Shown here: in pieces, positions 36,215 through 46,483 of the stretch
Layout: each line of letters opens with the position of its first letter
Numbering within the stretch: the first letter of the stretch is position 1
Translations under genes and position numbers: made by a program
The notes under the pieces: generated by a model
Database searches by the model: none
What the model saw: the letters and a program-made list of their open reading frames with translations, nothing else
Told to the model about the DNA's origin: nothing
IMG/VR virus record: IMGVR_UViG_3300043137_000327
Coordinates: 1-64,000 of that record
Origin: a virus
Length of the DNA: 64,000 nt
Strand: one strand, 5' to 3'

Positions 36215-36244
36215 AGATGGTCACACCGAATGACCATCTTTTTT
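36215..36244 (+). terminator. Rho-independent terminator (agatggtca / tgaccatct + T-run)
   Basis: 9-bp perfect stem, 7-nt loop, TTTTTT. Confidence 0.7.
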
Positions 36245-36264
36245 ATTTTAAAACTGACAAACAT

Positions 36265-36669
36265 ATGACATATACATTGGTTAGCAAGATACCAACCCGT
36301 AAAGAGGTGCTTAGAATAGGTAGGGCAGCTGAACGATGGTGTAGGGATAATATGGGTATCAATAAGAGAAAGAAGTTTGACCCAACTATAACATATTACA
36401 AATCACTACCTACTGATAGGTGTATGGGTGAGTACAGGCATTGGGATAACGAAATCATTGTGTATTACAATAACACTCCCAATATCAAAGCACTTATACA
36501 AACAATCATACACGAATGGCAACATCAGTTACAGCCAATGAGTAAGTATGATGCTATGTTAGATGAGGTGGGATACGAAGAACATCCCTTAGAGATAGCT
36601 GCGGAGGCGGCAGAGAGAAAGCATTATAAACGCCTATGGCAGGCAATCAAACCTAAATTAAATAAATAA
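36265..36669 (+). CDS. putative zinc metallopeptidase (HExxH)
   Basis: ORF trimmed to the ATG at 36265 because 36217 lies in the terminator stem. Contains IIHEWQHQLQ (HExxH). Confidence 0.4.
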   Translation: MTYTLVSKIPTRKEVLRIGRAAERWCRDNMGINKRKKFDPTITYYKSLPTDRCMGEYRHWDNEIIVYYNNTPNIKALIQTIIHEWQHQLQPMSKYDAMLDEVGYEEHPLEIAAEAAERKHYKRLWQAIKPKLNK

Positions 36670-36672
36670 GAT

Positions 36673-36882
36673 ATGAATGAAGCAATTGTAGTATTAGAGA
36701 AAGCGGAGGCGGTGTTAATGAAACGTATCCGTGCAATGAGAGATGGTAGCCCGAAATGGAGTGCCAGTGCCCGCCTGAATGAGATACGTTCGGCATTGAA
36801 ATTGATTAAAACATATGAGTTGGAGGGTGATATGATTATCGCAGAATCCCTAATGTTAAATCCACCCATTGCACAGGCGTAG
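36673..36882 (+). CDS. hypothetical protein
   Basis: 69-aa ORF. Confidence 0.35.
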   Translation: MNEAIVVLEKAEAVLMKRIRAMRDGSPKWSASARLNEIRSALKLIKTYELEGDMIIAESLMLNPPIAQA

Positions 36883-37183
36883 TACAATTGTAAATAACAT
36901 TTGTAAACAAAACGATTCGGACACTAATAAAAATAAAATCAGCAAGTATATGAATAATACCCATAGTATAGTAAAGGCATATAGTAGTATAGAGAACATA
37001 CATAGTATAGAGGAACAAAGGAATAAGACAATGGCAGACCCTAAGTATATACAATGGTGTAAAGATATGAAAGTATCCCAACTCTATACGAGTAGAGAAC
37101 TTATACACAATGCTAATAGGCTGATGAAGCAGTACACCCATAAGATAGGAGTAGAATAGTATAGATAGTAAATAGTAAAGGAA

Positions 37184-37217
37184 GGTCACATTCGTAATTG
37201 AGTGTGGCCTTTTTTTT
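37184..37217 (+). terminator. Rho-independent terminator (ggtcaca / tgtggcc + T8)
   Basis: 7-bp stem (one GU), 12-nt loop, TTTTTTTT. Confidence 0.8.
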
Positions 37218-37286
37218 ATGCTCACTCGTTAGACCCCCCCCCCAACTGAATATCACGTAAAGCCAAAAAGCAGAGTTGTGCTCACG

Positions 37287-37324
37287 CCGGGTCGGGTACG
37301 CTTAAATACCGAGCCCGGTTTTTT
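37287..37324 (+). terminator. GC-rich hairpin plus T6 (ccgggtcgggta / taccgagcccgg)
   Basis: Interrupted 12-nt inverted repeat followed by TTTTTT. It lies 43 nt after a C10 homopolymer. Confidence 0.55.
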
Positions 37325-37408
37325 CGCTGTAGAAACCCTTTTTGATACATATGTGTGATACACATACCCCATTAAACCCCCTCTGAACACTTTTTATTTT
37401 ATTGAGGA

Positions 37409-37705
37409 TTGATATTTATATACATAAAGAATGATATTATGTTGAGACAAACTGATTACATTAAGATGGCAGATGATTACTCTACATCAATAGGGATGGC
37501 AACTTACATTAATTTTGAATCTAAGGATGATATGATTAAGAAACGTAAGGGAGAAGAGGCAACAATCAATGAGATAATAGCAATTTCGATAGAAAATGGT
37601 ATATATCAGCAACTAATAAGAAAGGTATTCGAATTACAAAAGAAACGTAGTAAATCTATAAAGGATTCTACCATATATAAAAAGGCTTTCCAACTATGCA
37701 ACTAA
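37409..37705 (+). CDS. hypothetical protein
   Basis: 98-aa ORF. Confidence 0.35.
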   Translation: MIFIYIKNDIMLRQTDYIKMADDYSTSIGMATYINFESKDDMIKKRKGEEATINEIIAISIENGIYQQLIRKVFELQKKRSKSIKDSTIYKKAFQLCN

Positions 37706-38727
37706 CACCACAACAAAACCCACAAAGGTACTCTTCGAAGGATGGGGTATATACTATATCAGCACAATCAGAAGCGGTTGGAAATGCTACTATAAAGCCT
37801 TTGGTAATAGAGAAGGTATCGGATAAGGTTATTGAATTGAAATCGGATTTGGATATATCGATTAAGGGAGTGATAGTATGGATTGAAGATTTAAATGTAT
37901 GGATGACATCGCCAAACTTAGTAAAGGATTTGGAAGATTCGGTTTCGATTAACCCCCACTATACCTATGAGGAGTTTACATCCGTATTAGGAGCAAAGAT
38001 GGGTAAATCAATTCCTATCTTAAAGATTAATCTATCTACTATAAGGGAATCCATACTAAAAGAAAAGGTAAAGGGTTCATTCGCCGGAGTTAAATCCGTT
38101 GATTGGGCATTAGGAGATGGTGATGTGATAGAAGGATTAATAGAGCAGATAAATTGGACTTTGACCGCTAACTCTAATAAACCAAAGGATTCCTATTCTA
38201 TTTTTGATTTAAACCTCTTAGGTGATTATTCAGTAAACGCATTACAAATAACCCCCTTAGATGAGAACGCAAGAATCAATGAAGAGGTTCTGGCATCCAA
38301 CTTAAAGTTAATCAACGATAGGTTAGTTCAGTTAAGAAGGGATTTTAATTCTATTAAGGAAACGTTCTACTTTGGAAACTCAACTGCTTTATCTTCTACT
38401 AAGTATAATGTATTGGCTTCGGTAGAGGATGGTGATGATTTCTCCGTACAAGTCGTTACTAAGGATTCTAAGATGGTATCCAAATCGGATTTACCTTCTA
38501 CACAACTATCGGATGTTCAATCCAAAGCCGTTGGGGAAGTAAAGGATTCCGTTACACAAACCTCAACTACATTAGAAGAGAAGATATCCCAAAACGGAGC
38601 TACTATAAAGGCCGCACAACAGGGTGATGCAAACGCACAAGCGGCATTGGATACACAAATTAGAGAATCGCAATCTACGATACAATCCCTAATCCAAAAG
38701 TTAAGGGCTAATAAATTAGAAGTATAA
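37696..38727 (+). CDS. hypothetical protein (possibly structural)
   Basis: 343-aa ORF with a Ser/Thr/Gln-rich C-terminal half. Confidence 0.5.
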   Translation: MQLTPQQNPQRYSSKDGVYTISAQSEAVGNATIKPLVIEKVSDKVIELKSDLDISIKGVIVWIEDLNVWMTSPNLVKDLEDSVSINPHYTYEEFTSVLGAKMGKSIPILKINLSTIRESILKEKVKGSFAGVKSVDWALGDGDVIEGLIEQINWTLTANSNKPKDSYSIFDLNLLGDYSVNALQITPLDENARINEEVLASNLKLINDRLVQLRRDFNSIKETFYFGNSTALSSTKYNVLASVEDGDDFSVQVVTKDSKMVSKSDLPSTQLSDVQSKAVGEVKDSVTQTSTTLEEKISQNGATIKAAQQGDANAQAALDTQIRESQSTIQSLIQKLRANKLEV

Positions 38728-38738
38728 TATATTTCATA

Positions 38739-39506
38739 ATGAAACGTTACATTTTCAAATCCGGCTTAGATATCGTTGCTCCACTCAAATGTGGAACTCG
38801 TTGGTTAGAGGGTTTAGATGTCGAAAATCGTATCGATACTTATTCATTTGGCATAGAGGATTTAAAAGAAAACATACATAGTGGAACTACTTTCATATGG
38901 AGAGGAGTAAGGGAACATTTTCTTTCCGCAATAGAAACCGATTATCATATCGAACCTGATAGAACGGATATATGGGAAAGTATATTATATTATCAAAAGT
39001 ATGGCGGACATTGGTATCCCTACTTATATAAGAAATTATACCCTATATGGAAAAAAACTCGTTTCCGATTTTGGAAATTAAGAGCCCTTTCCGAATTGAA
39101 TGAGGTAGCATCCGTAATACCCTACCATTTTAAAAAATATCACTTCATTGTACCCAAAGGATTTAGTACTGCTGAGGAAGCTCTAAATTCTCTATCATCC
39201 AAACATACCACTCGATTGGAAAGATTGATTGGTGACGAAGAGAAGTGGCTTCAATTAATGGTTGAGCCTCAATATAGTGAGAGAAGTTGGGAAGATTATT
39301 CGGATTTGGAAGATTCTCGTTTGAAAATGTTGGGTGAGGTAATGAATTTAAAAGCGGAAATTGAATTGAATGATAGAACATATCTTAATAGTTTAGAATC
39401 ACAAAGAATACAAATAAGAGAATTAGAGAAATCGAATTATAAATTACAAGCTAAGTTAGATTATACCGAAAATCTATTAGGTGGAAAACTTAATAAACTA
39501 ATTTAA
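38739..39506 (+). CDS. hypothetical protein, weakly sulfotransferase-like
   Basis: 255-aa ORF. N-terminal PLKCGTRWLEG resembles the PAPS 5'-PSB loop PKxGTTW. Ends with KLI. Confidence 0.3.
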   Translation: MKRYIFKSGLDIVAPLKCGTRWLEGLDVENRIDTYSFGIEDLKENIHSGTTFIWRGVREHFLSAIETDYHIEPDRTDIWESILYYQKYGGHWYPYLYKKLYPIWKKTRFRFWKLRALSELNEVASVIPYHFKKYHFIVPKGFSTAEEALNSLSSKHTTRLERLIGDEEKWLQLMVEPQYSERSWEDYSDLEDSRLKMLGEVMNLKAEIELNDRTYLNSLESQRIQIRELEKSNYKLQAKLDYTENLLGGKLNKLI

Positions 39507-39591
39507 ACAACTATCAATAGAGATAAGAAAAATTTCTTTTTGACGGAGCGACGTTCTCCCCCAACCCCCTTCCCCCTAAAATTAATATGAT

Positions 39592-40224
39592 ATGAGAAAG
39601 ATTTGGTACTTTGGTGATTCAAATACGGAAACATTTAATCCCAAATATATGTGGGTTAAGGAGTATATAGATTGGAAAGGTTATATCCCTAAACATTGGA
39701 CAGAGATTGTGGCTGAACGTATGGGATTAGTATCTCACAATTTAGGAGAAAGTGGATGTGATAACTATACTATATTCGATACATTAATAAATAACTTAGA
39801 TAGTATTTCAGATAACGATATTGTGGTGATTGGGTGGACTATACCAATTAGAGGTAGGATTGCCAATTTGGATATAAACGAATGGATTACGATAGTTCCA
39901 CACGGAGAACCAAATTTAAAATGTATATCCAATAATTCAATATGGGAATTAGTATCATTAAGAGATTCAGAATTATACATCGATGAAGTATTGGGTTGGC
40001 AAAAGCTGATTAGAAGAGCACTATCCAATAATAAGGTAGTATTCTGGTCTTACTTCGGAGAATTTTCAAATAAAGGTATAGTGGATTATAAATATTGGTT
40101 AGGTAAAACTGATATCCTTTCTATAAAAAGTGAAACTAAGGGATTTGTTCCCAATAGTCATTTTGGCGAAATGGGTAATGTGGTGATATCGGATGTTATT
40201 TTTAATGAAATTAATAAGGATTAA
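39592..40224 (+). CDS. putative SGNH/GDSL-family hydrolase
   Basis: 210-aa ORF with an N-terminal WYFGDSNTETF block (GDS(N) motif). Confidence 0.35.
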   Translation: MRKIWYFGDSNTETFNPKYMWVKEYIDWKGYIPKHWTEIVAERMGLVSHNLGESGCDNYTIFDTLINNLDSISDNDIVVIGWTIPIRGRIANLDINEWITIVPHGEPNLKCISNNSIWELVSLRDSELYIDEVLGWQKLIRRALSNNKVVFWSYFGEFSNKGIVDYKYWLGKTDILSIKSETKGFVPNSHFGEMGNVVISDVIFNEINKD

Positions 40225-40225
40225 A

Positions 40226-40257
40226 TTTGGAAATGTAAATAATTATTCTTATATTGT
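40226..40257 (+). promoter_or_regulatory. Bacteroidetes-type promoter, class B, giving a leaderless transcript
   Basis: TTTG 40226-40229, TATATTGT 40250-40257. ATG at 40263. Confidence 0.45.
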
Positions 40258-40262
40258 AAGTT

Positions 40263-40565
40263 ATGAATGTTAGTGTTTTGAATAAGTTAGAAAAAGGTTG
40301 GATATCATTGGATTGGTCTATATACTTAGTCAGAATGAATCTAACTTCAAAGCAATTATCTGAATTAGTTGATAAGTTGGATAATTGGAAATCTAATAAA
40401 TCTTGCAAAAGTATAATATTAGTAAAGTATAAAGTATTACCGGCGTATATTATATTAAATCGAATCGACTTTAAAAAATTAGGGAAGTATTTGATGGATA
40501 CAATGGTAAAGAGAGAAATGTATGAAGAATGCGCTCGTTTACAATTAATGATGGATAAATTATGA
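40263..40565 (+). CDS. hypothetical protein
   Basis: 100-aa ORF. Confidence 0.4.
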   Translation: MNVSVLNKLEKGWISLDWSIYLVRMNLTSKQLSELVDKLDNWKSNKSCKSIILVKYKVLPAYIILNRIDFKKLGKYLMDTMVKREMYEECARLQLMMDKL

Positions 40566-41803
40566 AAAATGTTGTTATAGTTGGCGGAGGTACAGCCGGT
40601 TGGTTAACCGCCTTAGTAGTAAATAAATTTTGGAAAGATACTAATGTTACTCTAATAGAGAGTTCTAAGATTGGTGTATTGGGAGCGGGTGAGGGTGGTA
40701 CTCCCAACTTTGGAAGAATGTTGAGTCTATTGGATATAAATCATAAAGAATTTTTTGAAAAAACAAATTCAACTGTAAAAGGTGGAATACATTTATTTAA
40801 TTGGACGGGTAATAATGAATTATCCAAACATTTATTTGTTGGAGAAGAGCCAAATAGATTTACCAAAAACTATGCATATCATTTTGATGCAAGGTTGGTA
40901 GCTGAATACTTTAAGAACGTTTCTATTAGTAGAGGAGTTAATTGGATTGATGGTGAAGTTGATACAATTAACAATATTGAAGATACAATTAAATCCATTT
41001 CGTTAAAAGATAATACTGTAATTGATTTGGATTTTATATTTGATTGTAGCGGATTCAGACGTATATTAATCGATGGTGTACATTCCGATGAATGGGTTGG
41101 ATATGAAAAATATCTAATGATGAATAAAGCATTCACATTCTTTTTACCACAATTCGATAAAAATATTGGCTATTCAAACACATATACTCATATGGTTTCG
41201 ATGAATTGTGGTTGGATGTTCCAAATACCATTACAACATAGATGGGGATGTGGATATGTTCATAATGATAATTATATCACAATAGATGAGGCTAAGAAAG
41301 AAGTGGAAAATTATTTAGGATATGAGGTAACTATACAAAAAACATTTGATTTTAAACCTGGTACCCACAAAAGAAGTTGGATTGGTAATTCAATATCAAT
41401 TGGATTATCTTATGGATTTATAGAACCATTAGAAGCAACTTCATTAATGTCTACCATTATGCAACTAAAAAGATTGATTGATATAGATTTTAATGAAGAA
41501 GCTAAAGATAGGTACAATGATTGGTGTTATCAAATAAATGAACAAAATTTAAACTTTATAAGATACCACTATCTATGCGAAAGAGATGATACTGATTTTT
41601 GGAAAGATTGTACATCCATGCCGTTGCCTGATAAATTGTATAAAATCTTAGATAAGAATAATTCGTTAATTCCAAAAAGTGATTCACAATTGTTGGATAT
41701 GTTGGAGTTGAAGGAATCTTCTGTCAATGAATTAACATTTTGTGTAAATAACTATTCTACAATTTTTATGAAAAATAAAAAACATAAAAACAAACTAATA
41801 TAA
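40562..41803 (+). CDS. flavin-dependent halogenase (tryptophan-halogenase family)
   Basis: 413-aa ORF. FAD-binding VIVGGGTAGWLTA and halogenase-type CGWMFQIPL (the GWxWxIP motif). Ends with KLI. Confidence 0.55.
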   Translation: MKNVVIVGGGTAGWLTALVVNKFWKDTNVTLIESSKIGVLGAGEGGTPNFGRMLSLLDINHKEFFEKTNSTVKGGIHLFNWTGNNELSKHLFVGEEPNRFTKNYAYHFDARLVAEYFKNVSISRGVNWIDGEVDTINNIEDTIKSISLKDNTVIDLDFIFDCSGFRRILIDGVHSDEWVGYEKYLMMNKAFTFFLPQFDKNIGYSNTYTHMVSMNCGWMFQIPLQHRWGCGYVHNDNYITIDEAKKEVENYLGYEVTIQKTFDFKPGTHKRSWIGNSISIGLSYGFIEPLEATSLMSTIMQLKRLIDIDFNEEAKDRYNDWCYQINEQNLNFIRYHYLCERDDTDFWKDCTSMPLPDKLYKILDKNNSLIPKSDSQLLDMLELKESSVNELTFCVNNYSTIFMKNKKHKNKLI

Positions 41804-41804
41804 T

Positions 41805-42443
41805 ATGGAAAAAATAGTATTCGATGATGATACCTTTATTTGGAAAACAAAATTAAATCTTACCTCATTTAAAGATGAAATATTAGGTTTATGTAATGAG
41901 GTAGTTAATAGTTCCGATGAATTTAATTTTGATGCATTTCCTTATTCCAGAATACAAGATGATGTAAATTTCTTAGGTAATATTGTTATTAAAACTAAAT
42001 TAGATGAAATTGCTCAATTATCTATAAACTATTGCAAACAAATACATGATGATAAAGGTATAGATATTAATATGGTAGAAACCGATGCATGGGTTAATAT
42101 CGTAAGAGCTGATAATCCAGTGCAACCAAATTTTAAAGAAGGACATGAGAAATACCATATACATACTGAAATAAACAAAGCTAATAAAGCATTTGTACCA
42201 TCTTACACTTATGTATATTATGTTCAAATGCCTGATAATATAACAGGCGATGATGCGGTTTTATATTTTAAAAGTAAAAATGGTAATGAGTATTCGGTTT
42301 TACCAAATGAAGATGAATTAATAATTATGGAAGCAGATGTTCCACATGCACCAAATTCTTCACCAAATTCTACTAAAGATAGAATTGTATTTGCAGGAAA
42401 TGTTGGATTTAATTACATTAAAAAAGAAAAATCTCTAATATAA
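41805..42443 (+). CDS. hypothetical protein (possible cupin/dioxygenase)
   Basis: 212-aa ORF with HEKYHIHTE...VPHAP His clusters. Ends with SLI. Confidence 0.3.
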   Translation: MEKIVFDDDTFIWKTKLNLTSFKDEILGLCNEVVNSSDEFNFDAFPYSRIQDDVNFLGNIVIKTKLDEIAQLSINYCKQIHDDKGIDINMVETDAWVNIVRADNPVQPNFKEGHEKYHIHTEINKANKAFVPSYTYVYYVQMPDNITGDDAVLYFKSKNGNEYSVLPNEDELIIMEADVPHAPNSSPNSTKDRIVFAGNVGFNYIKKEKSLI

Positions 42444-42450
42444 TAATAAT

Positions 42451-43020
42451 ATGTTTATAAAGTATTTTGAAAATTTTTTAACAAAAGATGAATGTAATTC
42501 TATAATAGATATGGGTGAATCTATTGAATTAATGGAAATGAAGTCATCATATATAGTTAATGGTAAATTGGTTGGAGAAAATGTAAAATGGGATGGTAAT
42601 AAAAGAGTAGGAGGATATTTTATTAATGAATTATTAGAAACACAATTAATCAAAGAAGTATCTAAAAAAATAATTAATCTTTCAAATGAGTTAAATCCCT
42701 TTAATGGTGTAACTTATACATCTATTCCAAAATATTCGTTTAATAGATATGGTGTAGGTGATTTTTTAGATTGGCATTCGGATAGTCACGAAATATTGAA
42801 TGGTGCAACTATAACCTATGTTATCCAACTCAATGATGAATATGATGGTGGTAATGTAAAATATATAATAAATGATGTTGAGTATTCGGTTAATAAAAAG
42901 CAAGGTAGTATTTTTGTATTTGATTCAAATATAACACATTCAGTAGATACAGTATTGAGTGGTGTACGATACTCGATAAATGTTTGGCCATCCAAAATAG
43001 TTAAAAAATCTTTAATATAA
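42451..43020 (+). CDS. 2OG-Fe(II) oxygenase (prolyl-hydroxylase-like)
   Basis: 189-aa ORF. HxD...H...R triad DWHSDSH ... ITHSVDTV ... RYSINVW. Ends with SLI. Confidence 0.5.
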   Translation: MFIKYFENFLTKDECNSIIDMGESIELMEMKSSYIVNGKLVGENVKWDGNKRVGGYFINELLETQLIKEVSKKIINLSNELNPFNGVTYTSIPKYSFNRYGVGDFLDWHSDSHEILNGATITYVIQLNDEYDGGNVKYIINDVEYSVNKKQGSIFVFDSNITHSVDTVLSGVRYSINVWPSKIVKKSLI

Positions 43021-43778
43021 TGTTAGTAGATAATAAATTTATATATCTAAGCCTACCAAGATGCGCATCGACTGCATTTCATTATTCTTGTATTGTATCC
43101 GATTTAAATGTTAAAACCTACACCAATACGTTGATACCACTAAATGATAATGTTGATTTTAAATCGATTGATAAATCTAATTTAATGAATCACATTTATC
43201 ATGGACATGAATCGATTATTGATTTACAATCTAAATTTGGCATAAATTATCCCGTAATCGCGGTAAAGAGGGATAGGCATGAAAGATTTTATTCACTATA
43301 TAAACATATTTTGTTTGATTTAAAAAGAAGCGGCTATCCTAAAATTTATGATGCATTTTCTAAACTTACATTGGATGAGTTATTTTTTTTTACTAAAAAT
43401 GATATAATTAATAAAAAGCAAAGATGGGATGTAATATGTAGATATTTAATTGATTTGAAATTAATAGATAAAAAAGTAGATATTATAAATTGGGAGCAAA
43501 CTATATTTGGATATGCTATAAATATGATTGATATATTACTGACACCTATATCATATTGGACAAATAATGATTCAAATATTATTTGGTTCGATTTTACTAA
43601 AATGAATGAGTTAGAAAGTTGGGTTTCCGAAAAAGTAAATAAACCTTTTAAATTAGAATCAGCAAATTCTAGTAAACATATTGAATGTAATGTTATATTG
43701 GATGATGTATTTATAAACAAATACAATGATATCTATGATTATTACGATTTACCAAAATCAATTAATACCTTAATATAA
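43020..43778 (+). CDS. hypothetical protein, weakly sulfotransferase-like
   Basis: 252-aa ORF. N-terminal LSLPRCASTAFHYS resembles the PRSGST sulfotransferase P-loop. Ends with TLI. Confidence 0.3.
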   Translation: MLVDNKFIYLSLPRCASTAFHYSCIVSDLNVKTYTNTLIPLNDNVDFKSIDKSNLMNHIYHGHESIIDLQSKFGINYPVIAVKRDRHERFYSLYKHILFDLKRSGYPKIYDAFSKLTLDELFFFTKNDIINKKQRWDVICRYLIDLKLIDKKVDIINWEQTIFGYAINMIDILLTPISYWTNNDSNIIWFDFTKMNELESWVSEKVNKPFKLESANSSKHIECNVILDDVFINKYNDIYDYYDLPKSINTLI

Positions 43779-43780
43779 TA

Positions 43781-44068
43781 ATGATTAACTATAAAGAAAT
43801 ATTTGAAGCGTGGAAGATATCGTTTAAACCCACACCTAAGCAAGAAGAATTAGCTATAAAACGATTAAAGGTTTGTTTGGGATGTAATTATAGGCAAGAA
43901 ATATTAAAAGGAGTAAACTGGTCGGCAATATGTGGTGATTGTGGTTGCCCATTGAACAAAAAAGTATTTTCACCTATGTTCAATCCATGTACTCAAAAAA
44001 AATGGAAAGATGTAGATTCATTATATATGGATATTGTAAATGATAAAGATAATAAAACGATTATTTAA
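43781..44068 (+). CDS. Cys-rich zinc-ribbon-like protein
   Basis: 95-aa ORF with CLGCNYRQ...CGDCGCPLN...C. Confidence 0.4.
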   Translation: MINYKEIFEAWKISFKPTPKQEELAIKRLKVCLGCNYRQEILKGVNWSAICGDCGCPLNKKVFSPMFNPCTQKKWKDVDSLYMDIVNDKDNKTII

Positions 44069-44116
44069 ATAGTCATATATTTATAAGTGTAAAAAATAAA
44101 TAAATAAAAAATTCAT

Positions 44117-45607
44117 ATGAAAGCAACCATTATAGGTAGTGATTTATTGCAAAAAGGAAATGATGTACAATTTTTGGAAATAAACACAAATACGACCATT
44201 TATAATAGTGGAGCCGAAATGTTAGATTATACCGCATTATTTGAAATGTTGGTATCTAATAATATATCGGAGTTTCACTTTATTTGGACAGAAGTAACAG
44301 CATATACTCCATTAGAAGAGTCCTTCCGATTTAAGGAATTATTGGAAGAAAAATGTATTGAAAACGATATATCTTTTACAGATTACGTTGTTCCAATGAA
44401 TTCTATAACTGTGCCTTTTATAGAAGATGCCTCTCATAAATTTATTCTAAGACAGTCATATGATACAACTGCACTAATAGATGAAACATATTGTGCTGAT
44501 AAATTTGAGTTTTTTAATTTAATGAGTGGTTCTCAATATACTCCATCTACATATTTTAGTGGTAGTACATTACAATTAAATGAATTTAATAGTTTAGATA
44601 CATCCAATCCAAATGTACCAAATACGTTAATCAAAGCTAAATCGCCAACATATGATTTAGATATGTATCCTGCGTTATACACACTTAGTGATATTTCGGA
44701 GTTAACGGATTTAAAAAATGAATTGGGTTCTGATTATTTAGTACAGGAATTTATTTATTCAGACGATAACATTGTAGATGATAGATATTCAATCATTCGT
44801 AGTATAGATATTATATATGGTTCAGAGTTAGATGTTATAAACTTAGGAGGATATAAGCAGAGTACAATAATTCCAATGAATTTTACTGAAGATGAGTTTG
44901 TATCTGGCACAAAGAGATTAAATCAAAAAAGTAGAATAAAGTATATATCTAAACCGATTAGTCGATTTATGGGAGTAGATTATCATACTGATGATGATTC
45001 TGTTATTTTGGATTATACAGGTTCATTGGTAGATGTTGATACCATACAATTGGGAGATTATATAAAATCGGTAAACTTCCAAGATATACACGGAAATAAT
45101 GCAGCTGCATTAGACCAAACTCTTTTAGAAACATATGGTTGGGAAGCTACTTTACCGGAAATAAATGAAACACTAACGCCCGAATCATCTAGTTTAGTAA
45201 ATGTAGTTTCGGCATCTGTTGATACCATCTACATACGAATTACATTAGAAGATGGTAAAAGTTGGGTAGATTCACCTTCTTGTACATATTTCATAGAAGA
45301 AAATGATTCAACTAAGACCCGTTTTGAAAAAGTAAATAATATGGTAGTAGGTGATAAATTGGTTGTAACGGATTCATTGACAAACGAATTAACTACAATA
45401 GTAATTACATCATTGGAAATGGAACATGCACAAAAAACCATTTATAATTTAGATTTCGAACCATCGGATTTATTCTTAGTAGATGTAGGTGATGGATTAT
45501 TTAGTGTGATGCACAACTCGTGTTGGTGTCCTTGGAACTATTGTGGGTATTTTTGTAACTACTACGGATGCCCAACCTGCGGTGGTGGTGGTTTTGAAAA
45601 AGTATAA
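44117..45607 (+). CDS. hypothetical protein with Cys-rich C-terminal tail
   Basis: 496-aa ORF. The last 35 aa are HNSCWCPWNYCGYFCNYYGCPTCGGGGFEKV. Confidence 0.5.
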   Translation: MKATIIGSDLLQKGNDVQFLEINTNTTIYNSGAEMLDYTALFEMLVSNNISEFHFIWTEVTAYTPLEESFRFKELLEEKCIENDISFTDYVVPMNSITVPFIEDASHKFILRQSYDTTALIDETYCADKFEFFNLMSGSQYTPSTYFSGSTLQLNEFNSLDTSNPNVPNTLIKAKSPTYDLDMYPALYTLSDISELTDLKNELGSDYLVQEFIYSDDNIVDDRYSIIRSIDIIYGSELDVINLGGYKQSTIIPMNFTEDEFVSGTKRLNQKSRIKYISKPISRFMGVDYHTDDDSVILDYTGSLVDVDTIQLGDYIKSVNFQDIHGNNAAALDQTLLETYGWEATLPEINETLTPESSSLVNVVSASVDTIYIRITLEDGKSWVDSPSCTYFIEENDSTKTRFEKVNNMVVGDKLVVTDSLTNELTTIVITSLEMEHAQKTIYNLDFEPSDLFLVDVGDGLFSVMHNSCWCPWNYCGYFCNYYGCPTCGGGGFEKV

Positions 45608-45632
45608 TTAAAAATAATTAAAAATATATAAA

Positions 45633-45773
45633 ATGGCAAATAACCTTAGAGTACATAGACCAGCATCAGTAATTAAAGCAAACATTACTCCAATTTCAAA
45701 TGAATTGAAATCAAAAGTATCAGTAGCATTTAGTGAAATTGTAAGCAAAATTAAAGCTAAACATTTGAATTAA
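45633..45773 (+). CDS. small protein (46 aa)
   Basis: Unannotated ORF MANNLRVHRPASVIKANITPISNELKSKVSVAFSEIVSKIKAKHLN. Its stop overlaps the next ATG (TAATG). Confidence 0.3.
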   Translation: MANNLRVHRPASVIKANITPISNELKSKVSVAFSEIVSKIKAKHLN

Positions 45774-46468
45774 TGGCATCATCCAGATTACATCAATTAA
45801 TGATAGTTGATAGTATCGTGGGTGATGAAATTGGAAATATATTATTATCAAAAATAGAAATAGATTATGGTAATGATATTAAAAAACATAGTGATTTTAC
45901 ATTAAGAAATATTGTTCACGATGTTTCCAATTACATCGAAATAGTATTAAATTCCGATTGGAATATTTTAAATAAAATTACCATACAAGAGATACAACAA
46001 CTATGGGATGAATATATTACAAATTATCGTAATAATTATTCATCCCATAATTATATCGAAACTAATACAATTTTATTAGATAGTAGAGTTGATGGTATTG
46101 GATATTATTGGGTTGATTTAAATACTCGTTATTCAATTGAAATGATTGTCAGAATGGAAAATTGTGGTAGATGTAATTATGGTAATACTTTAATAGAATT
46201 ACGAGAAACCACAAAAGATTCAAGTAAATCCCACGTCGTTATTGTATATAATATAGCATCCGGTTTAATAAGACAAATCAAAGGTAAAAACGATATAATA
46301 CCATCCAAAGAATATTGGGATGAAATATTTAATTTCTATATGAATAGTCCATATTATATAGCTGGGCACGAATATACACAAAAAGAAGGGTTAGATTTTA
46401 AACCTGAAATGTTTAGTAAAGAGAAATATCAATTAGTTAAATCTAAAATTATAAATAAAATATTTTAA
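45773..46468 (+). CDS. hypothetical protein
   Basis: 231-aa ORF. Confidence 0.45.
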   Translation: MASSRLHQLMIVDSIVGDEIGNILLSKIEIDYGNDIKKHSDFTLRNIVHDVSNYIEIVLNSDWNILNKITIQEIQQLWDEYITNYRNNYSSHNYIETNTILLDSRVDGIGYYWVDLNTRYSIEMIVRMENCGRCNYGNTLIELRETTKDSSKSHVVIVYNIASGLIRQIKGKNDIIPSKEYWDEIFNFYMNSPYYIAGHEYTQKEGLDFKPEMFSKEKYQLVKSKIINKIF

Positions 46469-46483
46469 AAATAACTAGATATT

